From positions 12,008 through 76,007 of the forward strand of contig JBCLDE010000003.1 of NCBI GenBank assembly GCA_038915165.1: a stretch of DNA of 64,000 nt, in the 5' to 3' direction. Below the pieces are notes generated by a model, which made no database searches, had not been told where the DNA came from, and worked only from the letters and a program-made list of their open reading frames with translations. Source of the DNA: Candidatus Limnocylindrales bacterium (GTDB lineage Bacteria; Chloroflexota; Limnocylindria; Limnocylindrales; CSP1-4). Shown here one piece after another: positions 40,995-50,280 of the stretch (within the stretch, counting starts at the first letter, position 1; each line of letters opens with the position of its first letter). The position numbers were made by a program, and so were the translations under genes.

Positions 40995-41629
40995 TCGCGA
41001 ACGGCGATCGACCCTCCAGCGAGACCGCTCACGATCGACAAGAGCAGATCGACGGCCTGTTCGTCGGTCAGGCCTGCGCCGGTCAGCGAGCGCCACGTCT
41101 CGAATGCCATCGCGTGCGCCAGCACGACCAACAGGGTCGGTCGCGTGCCCTCGACCGCGACCGACCATCCGCTACTGATCGCATCGAACAGGCTCGCCAT
41201 CCGGAGGTCGAAGAGGTCCGGCGCGGTCGGCGGCGGCGCGGTTGGATCCACGTCGTACAGGACATTGCGGAGCATCCTCTCGTTCGCCCGATACCAACCG
41301 AACAGCTCGGTGAGTCCGAGGCGCAGGCGATCGGTCGGATCTGCGATCCTCGCCCAGGGATCCGGCGCCGGCATGCCGGTCACCCGGATCCCGTGCTCGG
41401 TGCAGGCGAGGTACAGCGTACCCAGATCGGGGAAGTGGGCGTAGACGGTGTGGCGTTGGACGCCGGCGCCGTCGGCGATCGCCCGGATGGTCGTCCGCGA
41501 TGGGCCCACGGTCGCGTGCAGGTCGAAGGCGGCGGCCGTGATCCGTCGGCGCGTGTCCTCGAATGACTCAAGGCGTCGGCGCATGCGGTATGGACGACGT
41601 CTGGGCAAAGGAGTCGGTTGCTCAGTCAT
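40991..41629 (-). CDS. TetR-family transcriptional regulator, copy 2
   Basis: Mirror of 10768..11406. Confidence 0.85.
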   Translation of the reverse strand: MTEQPTPLPRRRPYRMRRRLESFEDTRRRITAAAFDLHATVGPSRTTIRAIADGAGVQRHTVYAHFPDLGTLYLACTEHGIRVTGMPAPDPWARIADPTDRLRLGLTELFGWYRANERMLRNVLYDVDPTAPPPTAPDLFDLRMASLFDAISSGWSVAVEGTRPTLLVVLAHAMAFETWRSLTGAGLTDEQAVDLLLSIVSGLAGGSIAVRD

Positions 41630-41730
41630 GTGCAGCGAAAGTATTGACGACAGGGGCGTTCCGCGCTACCTTCGGTCCGCGTTATCAATTGCACACGGAT
41701 GTGTAGTCATAGTCGCGTGGAGGTGCCATC

Positions 41731-42234
41731 ATGCCGGTCGTCGAGCGCACTCGGTTCCTGGTCCCGCCGGACGGCGGCGACGTCATCTGGGATGGGCCGA
41801 TCGGAACGTCCGTCAAGGTTTCGACCGAGTCCACGGGCGGCGCCCTGTCCATCTGCGAGATGCCGATGGCTGCGGGGTACATGGTCCCGCCGCACACGCA
41901 TCACGACACGGACGAATGGTCATACGTCCTTGAGGGTCGGGTCGGGGCGCGTGTTGGGGAGGACGAGTTCACCGCCGAGCCCGGATCCTGGATCCTCAAG
42001 CCGCGCGGCGTGATGCACACCTTCTGGAACGCCGGTCCGGAGTCGGCTCGGATCATCGAGTTGCTGACGCCCGGGCGCTTCGAGTACTTCTTCCGCCGCA
42101 CGGTCGAACTGGCGTCGAAGGACGAGCTGACCGACGAGGTCATGGGCGCGCTGGCGGAGGAGTATGGAACGACGGTCTCGATGGACTGGGTGCACGACCT
42201 GGCTGCCCGCTACGGTCTCGAGGTGACCCTCTGA
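41731..42234 (+). CDS. Cupin-domain protein, copy 2
   Basis: Mirror of 10163..10666. Confidence 0.8.
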   Translation: MPVVERTRFLVPPDGGDVIWDGPIGTSVKVSTESTGGALSICEMPMAAGYMVPPHTHHDTDEWSYVLEGRVGARVGEDEFTAEPGSWILKPRGVMHTFWNAGPESARIIELLTPGRFEYFFRRTVELASKDELTDEVMGALAEEYGTTVSMDWVHDLAARYGLEVTL

Positions 42235-42305
42235 CATCTCGGCCGATCGTCGGACAAGGAAGAACCCCGGGTGGTCGGGCCCGGGGTTCAAGGTGAAAGC
42301 GGTCT

Positions 42306-42351
42306 TGGTTGCGGGGAGAGGATTCGAACCTCTGACCTTCGGGTTATGAGC
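42306..42351 (-). pseudogene. 3' fragment of initiator tRNA-Met (att-site remnant), copy 2
   Basis: Mirror of 10046..10091. Confidence 0.75.
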
Positions 42352-42983
42352 TTAGCACGTGCCGCCCCGGCCTGTCACGCGCCGTACCCGGCGGTGCCGC
42401 TCCGACCTCAGCCGGGTCGATTGTCCTCCCTCGCTGCCACCACCTGTCCCAGCTCATCCTGGGGCGTCCGTGACCATTGCGTGACCATTCGACCAGGGGA
42501 GCGGCAACCGGACGCCCGGTCACTTGCCCAGGCGCGAGCGTCGGCACGGTCCATGCAGATATCGCACGTGTTCAGGACCGAACACCTGAGACCGTCACCG
42601 GCCAGGACGGCAAGTCCTACCCCGGCTTCCGTCCCCGCCCCGACCCGATCCTCGCAGCCCGAGCCGCCAAGGTCGCGCCCGCCGACTACATCGACCTGAT
42701 GCCGCCCGCGGAGCAGGAGTGGGGACGGGCGTTCCTCCGCGGCGCATGGCCCCGAAGCCGCAGCCGAGTGGGCAACACAAGTGCCGCTCGATCGGTTCCA
42801 GGGCGTCTCCGTGGCGGGATGCTGGCCCCAGGGCGGCCGGGAGCACGTGGAGTGGCACCCGTGGCCAGTGCAGGACGTAGAACGGCCCCGCTGCCGTCGT
42901 GTCTCCAAATGGAGACATCCCGACCGGGGCCACGGCGTAGGCGAGGAACAGGCGGGCGTCTCGCTGGAAATGGCCGACGCGGA

Positions 42984-43868
42984 TCACCGACCAGAACCCG
43001 GCCGCGACGGACGCGGATCCGGGAGTTCGGTCGGTTGGTCCTGCTCGGGCTTTGACGGCTTTGGGAACCGTGCGCGCAGCGTCATCAGCGTGACGGGCCC
43101 GTTCGCCCCAACGAGCGCCCAGTCGGCCCAGCCGTTGGTCGGACGCCCCCGGACGACCGCCGCGGCGGCGCTCGGGGAGGCGTAGCTGGTGCCGTGGACC
43201 TCGAGCTGCCCATCGCTGCCAACCGTGGCCTCCGCATTGAGATCCGGGTCGGTGAAGACGAGCACGTCCCCCACGGTCAGGGCGCCCGCGGCGATGAGGT
43301 CCGTGACCGTCACGGCGTAGCTCTTCTTCCGCCCGTGGCCCTTATCGCCGGGCGGATCGAGCGGGTAGCCAAGGAGACGCAACACCCGCCGGATGACGGT
43401 GACATCCATCTCGAGGCCGGGGCGTTCGTAGTCGGGTAGCGTCTCGTCCCTCGGCTCCACCTTGTTCGCCAGCTGGACCGCCTTGGCGTCCATCGCTAGA
43501 CGCCACAGGCGGCCCTCGAGCCAGCCTACTTGGGCCGACGTGAACCCGAACCGCGCGTTGCCGCGATCGACCAGGACGGCCCGGCGCCAGCCAGGCTTGC
43601 CTGCCACGTGCCGCCCGATCCGCTTGCGGAGGCCCTCAGCTTGACCGACATACACCGTTGGCGGTTGATCTACAGCGGTGTTGGGCGGCCAGAGGAGGAT
43701 GTACACTCCGGCGCTGTCCCACGAGTCGTCGAGGGACGCTGTGCTCCCCTGCTCCACCACGGCCAGTCGAAGCGCCCCCCGCGGGTCGTACAGAACAATC
43801 GGAAGTCGGGTCGAGGCTGGCACGAGCACGGTGAGGGGCAGATCGTCGATCGAGCTAGGCTCGGGCAT
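42984..43868 (-). CDS. GIY-YIG nuclease-like protein with DUF4357-like C-terminus, copy 2
   Basis: 294 aa from ATG 43868. ..GVYILLWPP..TVYVGQAEGLRKRIGRH.. (GIY..YIG..R pattern). C-terminus ..VHGTSYASPSAAAAVVRGRPTNGWADWAL... Confidence 0.65.
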   Translation of the reverse strand: MPEPSSIDDLPLTVLVPASTRLPIVLYDPRGALRLAVVEQGSTASLDDSWDSAGVYILLWPPNTAVDQPPTVYVGQAEGLRKRIGRHVAGKPGWRRAVLVDRGNARFGFTSAQVGWLEGRLWRLAMDAKAVQLANKVEPRDETLPDYERPGLEMDVTVIRRVLRLLGYPLDPPGDKGHGRKKSYAVTVTDLIAAGALTVGDVLVFTDPDLNAEATVGSDGQLEVHGTSYASPSAAAAVVRGRPTNGWADWALVGANGPVTLMTLRARFPKPSKPEQDQPTELPDPRPSRPGSGR

Positions 43869-44008
43869 CCTGGGGGCTCCGTCGGTTTGGGCCCGGTGCG
43901 ACTCGGGGATTGGCGGGGCCCTGCGTGGGGCATCGTATCTGAGACCGAGCTGCGATGTCACTCAGAGTCTGCTAGACCACAGACGTGACCCGGCCCTAGC
44001 GTCGCGGC

Positions 44009-44275
44009 ATGCCCCCCGCCTCCGATCCGCTGTTCCGTGCCTTCGGCGCCGCGGTCCGGGCACTCCGGACTCATCGCGGCTTGACGCAGGAAGCCCTGGC
44101 CGAGCGGGCCCAGCTCCATCGGACGTACATCACCGAGGTGGAGCTTGGCCGCCGGAATGTCAGTCTGTACAACATCGAGCGCCTGGCCACGGCCCTGGAG
44201 GTCTCGATGCGAGACCTCATCGGCGATGCGGAGGCGCGGGCAGGAGGCGAGTCAACGCCGTCTTCGGACGAGTGA
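44009..44275 (+). CDS. XRE-family helix-turn-helix regulator, copy 2
   Basis: Mirror of 8122..8388. Confidence 0.85.
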   Translation: MPPASDPLFRAFGAAVRALRTHRGLTQEALAERAQLHRTYITEVELGRRNVSLYNIERLATALEVSMRDLIGDAEARAGGESTPSSDE

Positions 44276-44322
44276 GCCAGGCTCGGGACCGCGCCTGCGC
44301 CCGAGGTCGAATACGACTGGAT

Positions 44323-45297
44323 CTACACCCCGATGGCCGCCGCCACATCGACCCACGCCCGATCGGTCTCGCCCTCGAGCCGACGGAGGTAGACGGTCGT
44401 CACCGCGAGGGAGGAGTGGTCGAGGAATGCGCTCACCGCCTCGATCGTCTCGCCGGCGTCCCGGCGGAGCTTGGCCGCGGTGTGGCGGGTGATGTGGACG
44501 CCCGACGGCGCCAGACCGGCATCCCGGAGGTACCGCTGGAAGCGCGCGTAGAACGTCGACGAGGTAACGCCCCGCGATCCCGCCCCACCTTGCCAGAGCG
44601 AGGCCGGCTGGCCCATCTGCGCCAGCTCGAGCCCAGCGTCCGCCAGCGTGGCCCGGAGCGCCTCGTAGGCGGGACGTGGCAGCTCGCGCCGGCCGCGCCG
44701 GCCGCCCTTGCCGCGATACGAGTAGAAGGGCGTTCCGTCCTCGACGCTGATGTCCCCGGCGGTCAGGCCGATCACCTCGGCCCGCCGTCGCCCGGTCAGG
44801 AAGAGCGTCAGCAGGATCGCCCGATCCCGGCGACCAGGGACGGTGTCGGGGACGACGGCCAGAAGCCGGCGGACCTCGTCGGCCGACAGGCCCCGAGCCG
44901 GAGCCGGGACGGACCGTGGTCGCTCGAGGGCGTCGCACGGGTTCCCGATGACCAGGCCCATCCGGATGAGGAAGCGATAGAAGGAGGACAGGCAGGCGAT
45001 CCGGGCGCCGATCGTGGTCGAGGAGGGGACCCGACCCGAGAGCCCGATCCCGTGCGCCCAACCCATGACGTCCGGGGGGACGACCCGGTCGGGCGTCTTG
45101 CCGAGTCTGGCAAAGAACGGCCAGAGCATCCGGCTGTAGCCCTCGACGGTCCGCCGGGAACCCGAGCGGTTCCCCTTCTCGACCAAGAAGGCGTAGAGCG
45201 CCTGGTCCCAGGTTGATGGGTCGCCGGACGGGAGTGCGGGAAGAGGCTGAGCGGTCATCGGGCACCTCATCGTGTGGTTGGTGCCCACATGAGTCAC
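44323..45297 (-). CDS. Tyrosine recombinase / phage-type integrase, copy 2
   Basis: Mirror of 7100..8074. Confidence 0.9.
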   Translation of the reverse strand: MTHVGTNHTMRCPMTAQPLPALPSGDPSTWDQALYAFLVEKGNRSGSRRTVEGYSRMLWPFFARLGKTPDRVVPPDVMGWAHGIGLSGRVPSSTTIGARIACLSSFYRFLIRMGLVIGNPCDALERPRSVPAPARGLSADEVRRLLAVVPDTVPGRRDRAILLTLFLTGRRRAEVIGLTAGDISVEDGTPFYSYRGKGGRRGRRELPRPAYEALRATLADAGLELAQMGQPASLWQGGAGSRGVTSSTFYARFQRYLRDAGLAPSGVHITRHTAAKLRRDAGETIEAVSAFLDHSSLAVTTVYLRRLEGETDRAWVDVAAAIGV

Positions 45298-45524
45298 TCA
45301 GGCGGCGGGAGAAAGCAACACCATGCCGAGATCGTGTCTGAGAGACCGGGTCAAGGGGCTCCTGCAGCGGGCGTTCGCGCTCCGGGACCTGAGTGAGGTT
45401 GACCCTGACGCGATACCAGAGTGATGAGCGCCATCGAGATCACGCGCATCGTCGGATCGCAGAATCGCGCGCCGAATCCGTGAAGCAGGCATTATTGGCT
45501 CCGCGTCGTGGGGGTGAGAATCCA

Positions 45525-46397
45525 ATGGACAAATGCGCCGGCCGCATCGACCTTCGCCGCCTTGCGATCCCCTCCTTCGTCGTGGTCGTCGCCGTGTTCT
45601 CCGGTCTGCGCCTGCTGAGCGTCGAACCCTGGGCGATGCCCGCATACGACGTGTACGCGTACTGGACGACCCGCGACGGCTTCGATTACGCGGCCACCCG
45701 GCCGGGCGCCACGGGCGCCTACCTGTACTCACCGGTCTTCGCCCAATTGATCGCCCCGCTGACGGCGCTCCCGTGGCCGGTCTTCGCGGGCGTGTGGACG
45801 GCCCTGATCGCCGCTCCGCTCATCTGGCTCGCTGGACGGTACGCGATTGCCCTGCTGATCCTCCCGCCGGTCTTCATGAGCGTGGCGCTCGGCCAGCTGG
45901 ACATCCTGTTCGCGGTCGTCGTCCTCCTCGGGCGGCGCTGGCCGGCCGTCTGGGCGCTGCCCATCCTGACCAAGGTCACGCCCGGGATCGGCCTCCTCTG
46001 GTTCCTCATCCGGGGGGAGTGGCGGTCGCTCGCGATCGCGCTCGTCGCGACGCTCGCAGTGGCGGCCGCATCGGCGGCGCTGGATCCGGCCGGCTGGGCC
46101 GGCTGGCTCGCGATGCTCATGCGGATGGACTTCCCGGAGTTGGGCGGCGACCTCTGGTTCCTGCCCCTCCCGCTCGGGTTCCGCCTCCTCGTCGCGGCGG
46201 CACTCATCGCCTGGGGCGCCGCCACGGATCGGCGATGGGTCCTCCCGGTCGGCGTCCTCCTGTCCCTGCCGATCGTATGGTTGAACTCGCCGACGATCCT
46301 CGTGGCGCTCCTCCCGCTCGCCGCCGCGGGCGCCCGGACACCGGCGGGCGCCGGGCTCCGGCGGAACGTCGCGTCGACACCGTCCATCCTGCCGTGA
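45525..46397 (+). CDS. Polytopic membrane protein, DUF2029 / GT87-like glycosyltransferase family, copy 2
   Basis: 290 aa from ATG 45525 (GGGGGTGAG upstream). ..YLYSPVFAQLIAPL.., ..GQLDILFAVVVLLG.., ..KVTPGIGLLWFL... Shorter than usual for the family. Confidence 0.55.
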   Translation: MDKCAGRIDLRRLAIPSFVVVVAVFSGLRLLSVEPWAMPAYDVYAYWTTRDGFDYAATRPGATGAYLYSPVFAQLIAPLTALPWPVFAGVWTALIAAPLIWLAGRYAIALLILPPVFMSVALGQLDILFAVVVLLGRRWPAVWALPILTKVTPGIGLLWFLIRGEWRSLAIALVATLAVAAASAALDPAGWAGWLAMLMRMDFPELGGDLWFLPLPLGFRLLVAAALIAWGAATDRRWVLPVGVLLSLPIVWLNSPTILVALLPLAAAGARTPAGAGLRRNVASTPSILP

Positions 46398-46416
46398 CGC
46401 CGCCTGGAGACGTGGC

Positions 46417-46611
46417 TCAGACAGGGGATATGAGGTCGGTCACGGGCCCGCGTTGGCCCCGCGATCCAGACGCCCTCCCGCTCCAGCGCACGTGGATGAA
46501 CTGGCTGCGCAGCGGAAGGAGCCCGCGGATGGCCTCGATCGTCCGGGGCGCGGCGGATTCCCAGCGGGCGCGGAAGTGGAGATCGCCGGCCGTGATCGTC
46601 AGGTCGCCCAT
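46417..46611 (-). pseudogene. DUF3830-like protein, N-terminal fragment with frameshift, copy 2
   Basis: Mirror of 5786..5980. Confidence 0.45.
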
Positions 46612-46786
46612 CCGCGGAGAATAGCGTCGCTCGCGGGCTACACGCGAGGTGCCTCGCTCGCCCCGCCGTCGCCGCGCCGGCGCGACCCTCGCCGCGCCCG
46701 CCCCGCCGTTGCCCAGCACTCCTGCCCATTCCCGGGAGTGTCGCCGCGCCGGTCACGCTCGCCGCGCCCCTCACCCCGCTGTCTTC

Positions 46787-46968
46787 CCGCAATTCTCCCC
46801 TGGTGGGCGTTAGGCAACGCCGGAGTTGCCGTCGTCACTCATCCACGCCCCCGGCGCTGCGATTCGGTGGTTAATGGCCTCCGGGTGGACGTAAGGCAAC
46901 GACTGACGCCCCGCGAGCGGTCCGCACAGGCGGGTCCGTGCGTAACGCCACCGGGGTGAGAATTGCGG
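46787..46968. repeat. Inverted-repeat-bounded ~180-bp element, copy 2
   Basis: Mirror of 5429..5610. Confidence 0.6.
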
Positions 46969-46974
46969 AACAAT

Positions 46975-47079
46975 CGGGCGGGCCGGGGCGGGCCGGGCTG
47001 CGCCGGGCTGCGCCGGGCCGGGCGGGCCGGGCCGGGCTGCGCCAGGCTGCGCCGGGCTGCGCCGGGCCGGGCTGCGCCG
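46975..47079. repeat. GC-only decamer tandem array, copy 2
   Basis: Mirror of 5318..5422. Confidence 0.85.
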
Positions 47080-47120
47080 CACTCGTCGAACCGACGGTCC
47101 CCTGACTCGTTCGCCGTGCG

Positions 47121-47270
47121 GTGCTCCTGACCCCGAATCAGGTGACCGCCGCTACCGGGCCCAGCGGCCTCGCGCCGAAGACGCTCGACTGGTATCAGAT
47201 GATCGGCCGCCGCTTCGCTCGCATCCAGGCCGAGCGGGGCGCCGACCCTGCCCTCGGCGCCTCAACGAGC
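47121..47270 (+). pseudogene. Integrase N-terminal (SAM-like) fragment, copy 2
   Basis: ..LLTPNQVTAATGPSGLAPKTLDWYQMIGRRFARIQAERGADPAL.. resembles the LSPxTxxxY N-terminal module of tyrosine integrases. No catalytic domain follows. Confidence 0.3.
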
Positions 47271-47464
47271 CGCCTGACAACGCGGGTCCCTCCTCAGCCG
47301 GTCTCCTTGGACATCTGGACCAGCCGCCGCACCTCTGTGGCGGTCGTCACGGCCGTGAGCACGACGGTCGCTGCGACCGAGATCCGCACGATGGTATTGA
47401 TGGCGTGCGGCACACAGGGTGTGTCGGCAAACCCCAACTTCGTGGCGCTGCGCTCACCCCGATC

Positions 47465-47551
47465 CGACAGCCATGCCCAACCCGAGCGTCGGACCGCTGC
47501 CCGACGGTTGTTCACGCCGAGCTTGGCGTAGATGCTCTTGGTGTGCGTTCG
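47465..47551 (-). pseudogene. LuxR-type HTH C-terminal fragment, copy 2
   Basis: Mirror of 4846..4932. Confidence 0.4.
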
Positions 47552-47913
47552 TTGCCCGTCGGCGCCGCGGCCGAGGCCCAGCCTTTGGAGCCGAGGCGCG
47601 GCGCCGCGCGCGGTCGGCAGGGGAGCCCGGCCGCTGCGGCGCCCCTCGGTCGCTCGTATGACGGCTAAGGTCACTGCCTGGAGAGGACACTCGCCCAGGT
47701 CGATTCAGGTCATCGGACCCGAGTGCTCGTCTGTTCAGGCCCCGGGGCGTTTACGCAGGGCCCGCTCGGCCTGCCCGGCGCGATCCGGCCATTCGTTGCC
47801 GGCCCACGGGTCGTAGTCGGGGTCCTACTCCCGCTGCGGGCCACCCGCGCCGAGGCGACGAGCCTGCGGTTCACGCTTGATCGGCAGGCTCCACCCAACT
47901 ACGCTCGGCACTC

Positions 47914-48804
47914 ATGGAATCGAATGGATCCCGGCTCACGCTTCCGGACCGCCCTTGTCAGCCAGGCGGCATCCTGTTGGTCGGCATCAACCCGACTCCG
48001 GTGTCCGTCGCCGCTGGCCACTACTATCAGGGTCGGCTTGGCAAGCGGCTCTGGGGCCGCCTTCGTGGCCTTGAGGCTCTGAACAAGGGTTCCGGCACCT
48101 GGGAGGACGACGAGTTCGTCGCGGCTGGCAACGGCCTCACCGATCTCGTCAAACGGCCGACTGGCGCCGCGAACCAGCTCTCAGCGGAAGAGCTCGCCAC
48201 CGGACGAACCGCCTTGGTGGCCAACGTCCGTGGCTGGCGACCAGGCCTGCTTCTCTTTGCGTTCCGTCCCCCGGCGGAGGCGCTCCTTGGCAAGAGCATC
48301 GCATCAGGGCGCGGCCCCGACTTCGAGGGCGTCCCGACGTTCCTCCTGTCACCGCCCTATGCACCCAGGCAAGTCGCCGCGGCGATCGACGTCGGACTCT
48401 TGGCCGTCATCCGCGATCTACGAACGCAGCATGGCCCACCCGGGGCCGACCCGCACCCATTGCCTCGCCAGGACCCGGACGTGACGCCGGCACCGCCCTT
48501 GGTCGCTCAGTCGGCCGTGGGTCCGACTCAGCGGGTCACCCATGCTGACCTTCGCGCTGGGCGCATCCGAGTACCCGCGCGGAGTAGCAGCGACGCAAAG
48601 TCGGTCCTCCCTCAGCAGGTCGGACGAGTTCGAATAGACCTCCGCGGCGAGGAGATGGTTGTCCAGTACAACCCAAGGTTTGGTCCCGATCGGGAGCGAT
48701 CTGGCGTCTTGAGGGTGGGAACCGCCCGCCTTGCGGGCCTGGTGACGGCGGAAGAGATCCTTCAGGTCACGGTCAACCAAGACGGAGTCGTCTGCCTCGA
48801 TTGA
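47914..48804 (+). CDS. MUG/UDG-superfamily glycosylase-like domain fused to an uncharacterised C-terminal domain, copy 2
   Basis: 296 aa. ..ILLVGINPTPVSVAAGHYYQGRLGKRLWGRL.. (GINP motif as in mismatch uracil glycosylases), ..GLTDLVKRPT.., ..FLLSPPYAP... About 110 aa of the C-terminus (..THADLRAGRIRVP..VVQYNPRFGPDRERSGVL..) have no family I can name. Confidence 0.65.
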   Translation: MESNGSRLTLPDRPCQPGGILLVGINPTPVSVAAGHYYQGRLGKRLWGRLRGLEALNKGSGTWEDDEFVAAGNGLTDLVKRPTGAANQLSAEELATGRTALVANVRGWRPGLLLFAFRPPAEALLGKSIASGRGPDFEGVPTFLLSPPYAPRQVAAAIDVGLLAVIRDLRTQHGPPGADPHPLPRQDPDVTPAPPLVAQSAVGPTQRVTHADLRAGRIRVPARSSSDAKSVLPQQVGRVRIDLRGEEMVVQYNPRFGPDRERSGVLRVGTARLAGLVTAEEILQVTVNQDGVVCLD

Positions 48805-49001
48805 CTTGGCTGCGGCCGGACCACGGCGTCCGCGCGCCGGTGCGTCCGCGCGCCGGTCGACGGGCGACATCGCGTGCCACCTGGTGTGGCCCCATCGACG
48901 GCACGATGACCACGTCGTGTCCGGGCGGAGCCTGCCCCCTCAGCTTCCGCCGCCGCGCCTACCGCGGCTTGTACACTCTCCCGACGGAGGTGCGCGCACT
49001 G

Positions 49002-50087
49002 ATGAACGACCTGGCGCTGGCGCTCACGAACGTGCGCGCTCGGATTGCGAAGTTCGGGGGGCAGACGATCGGCGAGGAGAACACCAAGCACGCCCTGATC
49101 GAGCCGGTGTTGCGAGCCCTCGGCTGGGATGTGGGAGACCTCGACGAAGTGCGCTGCGAGTACAAGCTCAAGCAGGCTGACAACCCAGTCGACTACGCCC
49201 TGTTCGTGAACGGGGGGCTGCGCCTACTCGTCGAGGCGAAGGCGCTCGGGGAGAATCTGTCCAAGTCGGCTCATCAGATCATGGGCTACGCCGGCGTAGC
49301 GGGCATCGTCGAGTGGATTGTGCTCACGGACGGGAATGAGTACCGCATCTACAACGCCTACGCCCCCGTCCACATCGACCAGAAGCTCTTCAAGCGGGTC
49401 GTTGTCGCTTCGGACGAGCCCGGACTCGCGGAGACCCTCGGGCTCCTGTCGAAGGCGCAGCTCCAGAGCACGGTGATCGATGACCTGTGGCGCGCCTACT
49501 TCGTCGACCGGCAGGTGAAGAAGGTCGTCCAGGATCTCGCCGGACTTGATGCCCCGACAGACTTCGTCAACCTTGTTCGCAAGCGGGTTCCCGCGCTATC
49601 CACGGCCGAGGTTCGGCAGAGTCTGGGACGCGCCACGCTCTCGCTGGACTACGGGACCCTCAAGTTGGCGCCGACCCTCCCGGTTGGCGCGAAGGCGCCG
49701 GTCAGCCCGCCGGCCACCGTCCCGCCGGCCGTCAAGGACGTGGGGGACAAGGACCCCGGCCCTGACAAGACGCCGTGGCGCCACGTGACCCTCAAGGATC
49801 TGATCGCGTCGGGCACGATCGCGCTGCCGCTCGACATCGAGACGACGTACAAGGGCCACCAGCTCACCGCACGCATAGAGACAGACGGCACCGTGACGTG
49901 GAGCGGCACCAGCTACGGCTCGATCTCGATGGCCGGGGCGATGGCACGCAAGTCGATCGTGGGCGCGCCACCAGGCCGCGAGTTCCAACCGACCAACGGC
50001 TGGACCTTTTGGCGCTTCCGAGACGCGGACGGAAGCCTGGCCTTCGTCGACGTGCTGCGCCAGCGCCATCTCACGAGCTCGATGTGA
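49002..50087 (+). CDS. HsdR_N-type PD-(D/E)xK nuclease domain protein with DUF4357-like C-terminus, copy 2
   Basis: 361 aa from ATG 49002 (GGAGG 11 nt upstream). ..NTKHALIEPVLRALGWD..PVDYALFVNGGLRLLVEAKALG.. (D..ExK). C-terminus ..WSGTSYGSISMAGAMARKS..PTNGWTFWRF.. is paralogous to the 42984..43868 tail. Confidence 0.7.
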   Translation: MNDLALALTNVRARIAKFGGQTIGEENTKHALIEPVLRALGWDVGDLDEVRCEYKLKQADNPVDYALFVNGGLRLLVEAKALGENLSKSAHQIMGYAGVAGIVEWIVLTDGNEYRIYNAYAPVHIDQKLFKRVVVASDEPGLAETLGLLSKAQLQSTVIDDLWRAYFVDRQVKKVVQDLAGLDAPTDFVNLVRKRVPALSTAEVRQSLGRATLSLDYGTLKLAPTLPVGAKAPVSPPATVPPAVKDVGDKDPGPDKTPWRHVTLKDLIASGTIALPLDIETTYKGHQLTARIETDGTVTWSGTSYGSISMAGAMARKSIVGAPPGREFQPTNGWTFWRFRDADGSLAFVDVLRQRHLTSSM

Positions 50088-50280
50088 TTCACGAGCAGGC
50101 TCCTGACAAGGGAGCCTGATGGGGCTCGTCGAACGCGGCCTCCATGAAGGCCAGCGGGGTTCAGGCAGGACAGGACGCTCTCACGCGCCAGCAACCGACG
50201 GACCTTGAGTCCCATCCCCACCGGCTCTCGATCGTCGAAGCCGGTTGGTACTATCGCGACGATGGTGATGGGAGGGGCGA

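Noticed and set aside
42357-42983. Candidate small genes between the tRNA fragment and the GIY-YIG gene (mirror 9414..10040). One piece, ..HADIARVQDRTPETVTGQDGKSYPGF.., resembles phage/plasmid HTH proteins.
   Set aside because: No frame stays protein-like for more than about 50 aa. There are several competing overlapping ORFs and no clear start or RBS. At best these are fragments.
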